From positions 96,001-160,000 of the forward strand of contig CAWGMQ010000005.1 of the NCBI GenBank assembly GCA_963823665.1: a stretch of DNA of 64,000 bases, read 5' to 3'. Shown piece by piece: positions 57,101 to 64,000 of this stretch (positions are counted from its first letter, which is position 1; the number at the start of each line of letters is the position of its first letter). The notes below the pieces were generated by a model that worked only from the letters and a program-made list of their open reading frames with translations, did not search any database and was not told the origin of the DNA. The DNA comes from an uncultured Planctomycetota bacterium (GTDB taxonomy: Bacteria > Planctomycetota > Planctomycetia > Isosphaerales > Isosphaeraceae). The position numbers were made by a program, and so were the translations under genes.

Positions 57101-57312
57101 GACTTACCTGAGGTCCTTCGACCGGTCATAATTGACAACCGTCAACTGACAACGAACTCCTAGCATTTTGTGCCAGATTTGATTTGCAAGCCCGTATCGA
57201 TCATGTCAGTATAACTTAACGTCCCACATCGCTCAGTCAGTTCGAGAGCGTCGGTCGATGGACTCTCGGGTCGAAGGCTGCGCTCGCACGCTCCGTAGCC
57301 GGGAGGTACCTC

Positions 57313-57747
57313 ATGCTGGTTCGACACGTCCTTGAATCCAAAGGCCGCCGGATCATTTCGATTGATTCCGAGGCAACCGTCAGCGAAGCGGTCGCCAAGC
57401 TCGTTCAGAACAACATCGGGTCGCTGCCCGTGGTCGACCAGAGCGGAAGCCTGGTGGGCGTCTTCAGCGAGCGTGACGTCTTGCGCGTGATTCACAGCCG
57501 GGGTGAAGGGTTCGGGCGGCTGCGGGTGGCCGAGGTGATGACCGCCCGGCCGATCACTTGCTCGCAGGAAGACGACGTCAACGACGTGATGGGCAAAATG
57601 AGCGAGCGGCATATCGCGAAAGTTCCCGTCTTGAGCAACGAACAGCTCGTCGGCGTGATCTCCGTCGGAGACGTCATCAAGGTCATGTACGACAAGGTCC
57701 ATGCCGAAAATCAGCACTTGCTCTCCTATATTCAAGGGAACACTTGA
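57313..57747 (+). CDS. CBS domain protein
   Basis: IGSLPVVD...GVFSERD; VPVL...GVISVGD; GGAGG RBS. Confidence 0.92.
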   Translation: MLVRHVLESKGRRIISIDSEATVSEAVAKLVQNNIGSLPVVDQSGSLVGVFSERDVLRVIHSRGEGFGRLRVAEVMTARPITCSQEDDVNDVMGKMSERHIAKVPVLSNEQLVGVISVGDVIKVMYDKVHAENQHLLSYIQGNT

Positions 57748-57749
57748 CG

Positions 57750-59351
57750 TTATTTCAGGAAGGCGAGGCGCCCGGCGCGTGGTTTGCCCGGCGAGCCTGC
57801 TGTTCTTCCTTGGGTCCTGACCTTCGGGGATCACCCCGTTCCAGCGGCTGTAGATGGCCGTCAGCTCGGCGAGGGTGTACCGCGCGCGGGCGTCGATCTG
57901 GCTCTTCGTGAACCGCCAGGTCCAGTTCCCCTCCGGTTTTCCGGGCGTGTTCATGCGGGCTTGTGAATCAAGCCCCAGGATATCCTGCAAGGGGCTGATG
58001 GCGGTGTCGGCGACCGACTGGAACGCCAGGCGGATCATGTCCCAGTGGATCTCGGCTCCATTCGAGTTCAGATAGCGCAAGGCGAACGCTCTCTCGGTTG
58101 CGATTTCCTGCGGGGACTGCGTGGTCGCGACCTCGGTCGAGGTGAACCAGCCTTTCGTTGTGTCGTTGTCATGCGTGCCCGTGTAGACGACGCAGTGCGG
58201 CACGTGGCGATGCGGCAGGGCCTTGTCGGCGCCCTGATCGGGCCCGAAGCCAAACTGGAGGACGCGCATACCGGGCAGGCCGAAGTCGTCTCGCAGGGCT
58301 TCGACGGCCGGAGTGATGACGCCCAGGTCTTCGGCCACCAGAGGAAGTGAGCCGAGCTTTCGCCGGAGCGCCTCGAAGAAGTGATTCCCGGGCCCGGGCA
58401 CCCAGCGGCCCGGAGCGGCCGTGGCTGAGCCCGCCGGGATTTCCCAGTAGGCCTCGAAGCCGCGGAAATGGTCGATGCGCACAACGTCGACGCGGGAGAG
58501 CAGAGACGAAAGCCGCGAAACCCACCAGGCGTAATCCTCGGCGGCGTGGACCTCCCACTTGTAAAGCGGGTTTCCCCAGAGCTGGCCCGTCTCGCTGAAA
58601 TAGTCAGGAGGTACACCGGCGACGACCAGCGGCCGGCCGCGCTCATCGAGGTAGAACAGCTCGGGCCGCGCCCAGACGTCGGCACTGTCATGCGCCACGA
58701 AGATGGGCACGTCGCCCATCAACTTGATGCCATGCTCGCGGCAAGCGGCCCGGAGCGCTTGCCACTGGAGCTCGAAGGCGTACTGCACGAACGAATGGTA
58801 GCTGACCCCGTCTTTCAAGCGATCGCGCCAGAGTGCGAGGGCTGTTTGGTCGCGAGCGACGAGCTCGTGCTCCCACTCAGACCAGGCTTGGCGTCCGTGC
58901 GCGTCCTTGAGGGCTTCGTACAAGGCGTAATCGTCGAGCCAGGCGTGGCTGGCTGCCACGAATTCCTGGAACCGAGAGTCGTCGCCAAGTTTCTTCCAAG
59001 TCTCATGCGCCCGGCGCAGCAAGTGCTCCTTCCGCGGCGTACGGCGTCGAAGTCGACCCGATCTTCGGGCAATGACGGATCGTCCGTGCAATCCTCGGCC
59101 GCGAGCCACTTCCGGGAGACCAGGTCATCCAGGTCGATCAAAAGCGCATTACCGGCGAACGATGAATGCGACTGATAGGGCGAGTTACCGTAGCCAGTCG
59201 GACCCAGGGGCAACATCTGCCACCAGCGCTGGCCGGTTCCGGCGAGGAACCGGACAAAAGCGTGGGCTTCCTCACCGAGGTTGCCGATGCCGTGACGGCC
59301 CGGCAAGCTCGTTGGATGCAACAAGACGCCGCTCGACCGAGGGAACCTCAT
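57750..59351 (-). CDS. malQ: 4-alpha-glucanotransferase (frameshift near 59035; 3' end approximate)
   Basis: GVLLHPTSLP, WQMLPLGPT, GDVPIFV, RIDHFRGF, AEDLG, YTGTHDNDT, RMNTPG. Confidence 0.95.
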
Positions 59352-59396
59352 CCGTCATTTCTCCGCACGTTCTTGCGAGAGTTGTCTCCGATCGAA

Positions 59397-60203
59397 TCAG
59401 GCATCGGAGCGCTCCAGAAATTGTTCGATCTCGAGGCGGAATTTCATCTGGTCCTCGACGTGCGGCATGTGCGCCACGCCGGGAATGACAACGAGCCTGG
59501 CATCAGGGATGCGCTCCGCGAGCTCAGCCGCGACGCGGGGCGGGTTGAGCAGATCGAGCTCGCCGACGAGCACGAGCGTGCGCGATTGAATCGTCGCCAG
59601 GCGTTCTCGCGTGTCGTGTTCGATCGCCGCGGCAGCCTGGCGCGCGAACGCGTCGGCATCCTGGGGCCATGGGTTTCGCTCGGCGAACTCAATCAGGCCC
59701 TGAATCTGGCCCGGCTGATGATAGAAGGCCGGGGCAACAAGCCAGGGGAGCACCGCCCGGCTGAACTCCCCGCCGCTCGCGGCCGAGCGCCTGAGGCAGA
59801 CCCACGACGCGATGACGGCTTTGCGCCAGGCGTCGGAGCCGGCATGTGTCGAGACCAGGATCAGGCTTTTCACGAGGCGAGGGTGGCGCAGCGCCAGCTC
59901 TTGAGCCACCAGGCCGCCCAGCGACTGACCGACGACGTGTGCGGGGATCGCATTTTTGGCCGCGAGCCAATCCGCGACGTCGTCTGCCATGTCGCCGGTC
60001 GTGTAGCCGGGCTCTGCCCGGTCGCTGCGGCCGGCATCGCGGGAGTCGAAAGCCATCGCGCGATATCTGGCCGCAAAGTAGCGCTGAGGGCGGTTGAACG
60101 CCCGATGATCGCCCCCGAGGCCACTCAAGAACACGAGCGGGTCACCGTGGCTGCCCGCCTGCTCATAAAAGAAAGAGCGGCCGCGTAAGTTGATGATCGG
60201 CAT
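59397..60203 (-). CDS. Alpha/beta fold hydrolase
   Basis: GQSLGG nucleophile elbow, GELD, AHMP. Confidence 0.9.
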   Translation of the reverse strand: MPIINLRGRSFFYEQAGSHGDPLVFLSGLGGDHRAFNRPQRYFAARYRAMAFDSRDAGRSDRAEPGYTTGDMADDVADWLAAKNAIPAHVVGQSLGGLVAQELALRHPRLVKSLILVSTHAGSDAWRKAVIASWVCLRRSAASGGEFSRAVLPWLVAPAFYHQPGQIQGLIEFAERNPWPQDADAFARQAAAAIEHDTRERLATIQSRTLVLVGELDLLNPPRVAAELAERIPDARLVVIPGVAHMPHVEDQMKFRLEIEQFLERSDA

Positions 60204-60514
60204 GAGTGGATTCGCCGGGCCGTGATCGGTTGCCGTCCATTCTGTCCGGTTCTCACGTCCTCAGCCTAAAGGGATCGCCCGCGATGAAAAGCCCAAATTG
60301 AATGGTTTTCGGAACGGGTGGAGGGATTGGCGTCCAGTATGACGACGTGTGTGGGTACGGAAAAGGCCGCGTCGGACCGGTACGGGCAAATCGGTACGAT
60401 ACAAAGCTTTATGACGTAGTGGGTTGGAAACGCCACCGTTCGTTCAGGTCGAATTCCAGGACCGAGGAAATGGCGGGGGAAGCGAAGGACCTCGGTCCTG
60501 GATCGACGTGCGCG

Positions 60515-61294
60515 TCACTCTTGCTCGACGCAGACGGATTCGGACTCGCCGTCGGGGAAGTTGACTTCGGCGGAGCCTTCGTCATCGACGAATGCCACGG
60601 AGCAGCGCTCGCTGCCGGAGTGGTCGCGGCAGGCGAACTTCCGGGGGCCGGTTTCGACCCATCCATCAGACAAGAGCGAGCTGAGCGCGGCCTCGGAGAC
60701 GCCCAGATCGAGGAAGTACTGGCGGTGAGCACGCTTTGCGTCGGTGACCGAGTAGGACCTGCGCCTTGAGTGCCCGAAAAAAGATCGCTTGCCGGGTTCT
60801 TCCCGGGGCGGTGGTGATGCCTCGGTTTCGCCGCCGAGCATCTCTTGGATCGTCGCGGCGGTGTCGTTGGCGGTCTTGAGCAGCGCCTCGGCGTTCTTGA
60901 TGATGATGTCGAGCAGGGCCGGGAGCTTTTCCGAGGCCTTCAATTTCAACTCGCGGCTGCATGAGGACCAGAGGATTCGTTCTTCATTGAGGCGCGTCGA
61001 TGTGACGGCCTCGGTGCTCGGTTCGGGGTTTTGACGATTGGTCACAATGCACACATTGATACGGTAACCCGCGGAGCCCACGCGACTGAAGGCGAGGTAG
61101 TGCTCGCGGGTGACGCCCGGCTCGCCGCCGGGCTCGCTCATGAACCAAACGCTCGCATCGATGCCGATCTTGAGCTCGTCGACGAGTGTCTTCTCGACGC
61201 TTCTGACGATTTCGGTGACCTGATCGGTCACGGAATTGAGATGGGGGTTGATTCCGCGAAGCGCGGAGAGGCGCTTCAACAACTCGTGGGTCAT
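60515..61294 (-). CDS. Hypothetical protein
   Basis: ATG after AAGGAAAG; coding-like codon bias. Confidence 0.7.
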   Translation of the reverse strand: MTHELLKRLSALRGINPHLNSVTDQVTEIVRSVEKTLVDELKIGIDASVWFMSEPGGEPGVTREHYLAFSRVGSAGYRINVCIVTNRQNPEPSTEAVTSTRLNEERILWSSCSRELKLKASEKLPALLDIIIKNAEALLKTANDTAATIQEMLGGETEASPPPREEPGKRSFFGHSRRRSYSVTDAKRAHRQYFLDLGVSEAALSSLLSDGWVETGPRKFACRDHSGSERCSVAFVDDEGSAEVNFPDGESESVCVEQE

Positions 61295-61596
61295 CGGACT
61301 TTCCTTTCTTTCTTCCGGGCCATCGGCCCGCACAAACGGCCCCCGGCGGGGGCAAAAGGCGCCGCGATACTCTCGCGACTGGGTGTATCTTATCCCGAGG
61401 CAATGCGAGCGGCAAGTCGGTGGGGAGCGTTTTCTGGAGAAAGTTGTCATTGATCGGTTCGGTGGCACCATTTTCCCGACGTCGAAAAAAGGAGACATGC
61501 GTTGGGGTGGGAGAGAAGTTACCTGGGAACTCGAACCGTGTTAACATTGTAATTTGAAGAGTTTCCCTGTTCCGTTCCTGATACCGTTTTCGAAAA

Positions 61597-62193
61597 ATGA
61601 GCACGATTCAACGAACGAAGAGGAAGTCGAACCGCTTCCGCTGGACCCCCGAGCAGTTCCAGAAGGCCGCCGAGGAGGGCTGGTTTGGGGACCGCAAGGT
61701 CGAGCTGCTCGATGGCGAGGTTTACTACATGGTCCGCGACCCGTTGCATCGCAACTGCGTTTGGAAGCTGTTCGAGCTGTTGAGTGCCCTGCTTGAAAAA
61801 GCGCGCTGGACCATCACGCGAGAGGATGACGTCGAGATGGGGGACGACTGGGTTCCATCGCCGGATGTCGCGGTACTTCGGGGCAATTTTGACGTGCTCA
61901 AGGATGAATTGCTCAAGGGTACGGACGTGGCCCTGCTGGTCGAGGTGTCGCACAAGACCTATCGGCGCGATCGCGGTCGAAAGCTACCGCGGTATGCTCA
62001 TAACAAGATCCCGGTGTATTGGATCGTGAGCATCGAGGGACGAACGGTGGAGGTGTTTTCGGGGCCTGTCGGCCAGGGTGACCTGGCGACCTACGCGGGC
62101 ACACCGCTCGTGTTTCGCGAGGGCGACCGTGTACCTGTGGAGCTGGATGGGCACGTGGTCGGGCACCTGGAGGTCAGCGAGATCTTCTCGTGA
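61597..62193 (+). CDS. Uma2 family PD-(D/E)xK endonuclease
   Basis: VELLDGEV, PDVAV, LLVEVS, K...YA...IPVYWIV. Confidence 0.92.
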   Translation: MSTIQRTKRKSNRFRWTPEQFQKAAEEGWFGDRKVELLDGEVYYMVRDPLHRNCVWKLFELLSALLEKARWTITREDDVEMGDDWVPSPDVAVLRGNFDVLKDELLKGTDVALLVEVSHKTYRRDRGRKLPRYAHNKIPVYWIVSIEGRTVEVFSGPVGQGDLATYAGTPLVFREGDRVPVELDGHVVGHLEVSEIFS

Positions 62194-62380
62194 CCGGGCG
62201 TGAGTGCGTCCGGAACGGTCACTGAGCGTCGTTGCGAGCGAAGAATTCGGGGTGGGCGGCGCGGAAGGCGGCCAACTGCTGGTCGGCCCACGTCTGGTCT
62301 TCACGTGCCAAACGCGGCTTGCATTTCTCGTCATATCGGAGTGGTGTGACGCCCGTGGTGACGTCCGCGGCGTGAGCCGC

Positions 62381-62411
62381 TTGACTTGGCCGCGCGGAGT
62401 TGTGATACACT
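62381..62411 (+). promoter_or_regulatory. Putative sigma70 promoter of tRNA-Glu
   Basis: TTGACT followed by TGTGATACACT just upstream of the tRNA; spacing not ideal. Confidence 0.45.
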
Positions 62412-62421
62412 TGTACGCGCT

Positions 62422-62494
62422 GCCCCCATCGTCTAGCGGCCTAGGATACTTGGTTCTCAGCCAAGGGACCGGGGTTCGAGTCCCCGTGGGGGTG
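62422..62494 (+). tRNA. tRNA-Glu (anticodon CTC), CCA not encoded
   Basis: Acceptor GCCCCCA/TGGGGGT, anticodon arm CTTGG-TTCTCAG-CCAAG, T arm CGGGG-TTCGAGT-CCCCG. Confidence 0.95.
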
Positions 62495-62546
62495 CTTGCA
62501 AGGACTCGCTGAGCCGCTTGGCCGACCAGGAGTGCTCAGCCGAGCC

Positions 62547-62577
62547 GTTCGGCGGGGTCGGGAGACCCGCGCCGAAC
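62547..62577. repeat. REP-like hairpin downstream of the tRNA
   Basis: GTTCGGCGGGGTC-GGGA-GACCCGCGCCGAAC. Confidence 0.55.
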
Positions 62578-62663
62578 AGCAGCCTGCGGCTGGATGCAAG
62601 GGCTTTCCGACCGATGTTCGGTCAGACGCCTACAGGCACTGATTCTTCTTCGGTCGCTGCGAT

Positions 62664-63563
62664 CTAGGCGATTTTCTTCCCCATTTTAGTGACGCCGACC
62701 GTGACGAAGAAGTGACCCTCGGATGAGGGGTCTGAAGGACCGGTGATGGGGTTGCCGGTGGTATCGGTGATCGGCGAGATCGCCGGCAAGGGCGCAGTCG
62801 CTGTCGCTGCGCTCTCGCCGACAGCGTTCGTTTCCTCCTCGAGGGGAGCGTCGGTGATCGTGATCAGCGGGTATTTCTTGATGCGATGGGCCAGCGTGAG
62901 CGTGACGGAGTGAGTCGTTGAGTCATACACGGCCGAGCCCAGCGGCACCGTCGCGCCGGTGAGCCATTCCTTGCCTTTCACGCGGCGATACCCACGGGGG
63001 TTCACGACGGAGTAATTGCTGACATCCTGAACGGGGCCGGGGGCCATGTCCTTGCTGAAGGTCAGCACGAATCCGGTAATGTTCGGTCCCTTGGTGAGCG
63101 CCCGGCTTGCGATGATCTGCGGAGGGGTGGTGTCCGAGCTATGAGTGATGACAAGGAATGCCTCCGATGTCGGCGCCCCGCCCGGTGCCGACGAGACGTC
63201 CAGATCCAGGACCCGCGTTCCGTCGGAGGCCGGCGCCGGCAACACCGGGATTTGAATGGTCTGGAAGCTCTGTCCCGCTGGAAATGTGACGGCATCGTTC
63301 ACCGGAGTGTAGTCGACTCCGGCGACCGCCGTCCCGCCGGCGGTCGACACGTACGCCACATCGGCGCCTTGAGTCGCTGTGACCGATCCGGGGACAGGAG
63401 AAGCCACAAAGTCCTCGAGCGTGACGGTGGCAGGGCCCAACTGGCCGTTCGCGGTGTATAGGGTGTTCCCGAACGTGACCGTCATGAGCTGGCGAACCTC
63501 AAGCTGCTGGGCCTCTAGCAACGCCTTTCGCGCCCGCCTCGGCGCGCTCAGTCCGTTTTGCAT
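62664..63563 (-). CDS. Planctomycete extracellular protein with LEPR-XLL-type N-terminus and Calx-beta domain
   Basis: LEVRQLM; GGTAVAGVDYTPVNDAVTFPAGQSFQTIQIPV. Confidence 0.8.
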   Translation of the reverse strand: MQNGLSAPRRARKALLEAQQLEVRQLMTVTFGNTLYTANGQLGPATVTLEDFVASPVPGSVTATQGADVAYVSTAGGTAVAGVDYTPVNDAVTFPAGQSFQTIQIPVLPAPASDGTRVLDLDVSSAPGGAPTSEAFLVITHSSDTTPPQIIASRALTKGPNITGFVLTFSKDMAPGPVQDVSNYSVVNPRGYRRVKGKEWLTGATVPLGSAVYDSTTHSVTLTLAHRIKKYPLITITDAPLEEETNAVGESAATATAPLPAISPITDTTGNPITGPSDPSSEGHFFVTVGVTKMGKKIA

Positions 63564-64000
63564 CTCACCGTCCTTGGATGAATTGAGTTTTAGGTGCAGA
63601 TCGTTTGTGCCGGGCGTTCCATGCGAAAGCAAGCACGGGCCCCGGAGAGCGACTTCGTCAGCCGCATTGCCGACGGGACGTGAATCGGCGATCCGCGTGA
63701 GTGTCGATGACGAAATGAACGTCAGGAAGCAGCAACCGCGCCGCGGCTCTGACTGCTGCGGATCATTCCGGGCTGGTGCGGGCAAGGCGGGTCTCGCTGT
63801 CCCGAGTAAACGGATATGGCAGACGCTGGCGGAAACATTGGTAAATACCGATCCGCCGCACCGGTTTGCCAGACCGCTCTACCCAGAAATCCGAGACCAA
63901 CTCGACGCGAGAGAACCACCGCCGGTAGTAACGAGCCCACGCCTCGTGCTCGCCGACGACGACGAGGATTCCATCATGATCGACCCAGTCATCGGGTTTG

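Noticed and set aside
57160..57750. Apparent 200-aa C-terminal extension of MalQ
   Set aside because: It is the antisense of the CBS gene; most likely read-through after an indel near the true stop
62219..62410. 63-aa minus-strand ORF upstream of the tRNA
   Set aside because: Overlaps the putative tRNA promoter and has no clear start signal; at most a gene remnant
62422..62494. tRNA-Glu as an island integration site
   Set aside because: No integrase and no duplicated tRNA 3' end found in the window

Overview
GC-rich Planctomycetota chromosomal segment, probably Isosphaeraceae-like. This is inferred from DUF1501, DUF1549/1553, DUF1559, DUF1570 and LEPR-XLL-type genes. Many long genes are split by 1-nt indels, which looks like long-read consensus error, so split genes are merged below. 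Layout: (i) 1-3.5 kb: a thioredoxin-like ORF ending in a suspicious UGA, a deleted kinase-TPR gene and DUF1501. (ii) 3.5-10.7 kb: an accessory hotspot where four co-oriented ~140-bp elements with 17-bp terminal inverted repeats separate gene-sized cargo segments, some truncated exactly at the element. (iii) ABC exporter and DUF1549/DUF1501. (iv) 19.4-28.2 kb: a GAP1-N2-like gene, a GTPase-TM-C2 fusion and two related helical membrane proteins. (v) A TPR/multiheme cytochrome cluster, an HUH (Y1) transposase and several REP-like palindromes. (vi) A cell-surface locus: YfhO-like GT-C, duplicated DUF1559, duplicated membrane sulfatase-fold genes with an unlisted 55-aa gene between them, GT4, double LPS kinase and ArnT-like GT. 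(vii) panB, CBS, malQ, a hydrolase, Uma2, tRNA-Glu(CTC) and a Calx-beta protein. A ~220-bp three-block non-coding element occurs twice, inverted, 25 kb apart. All family assignments come from motif recognition by eye; no searches were run.
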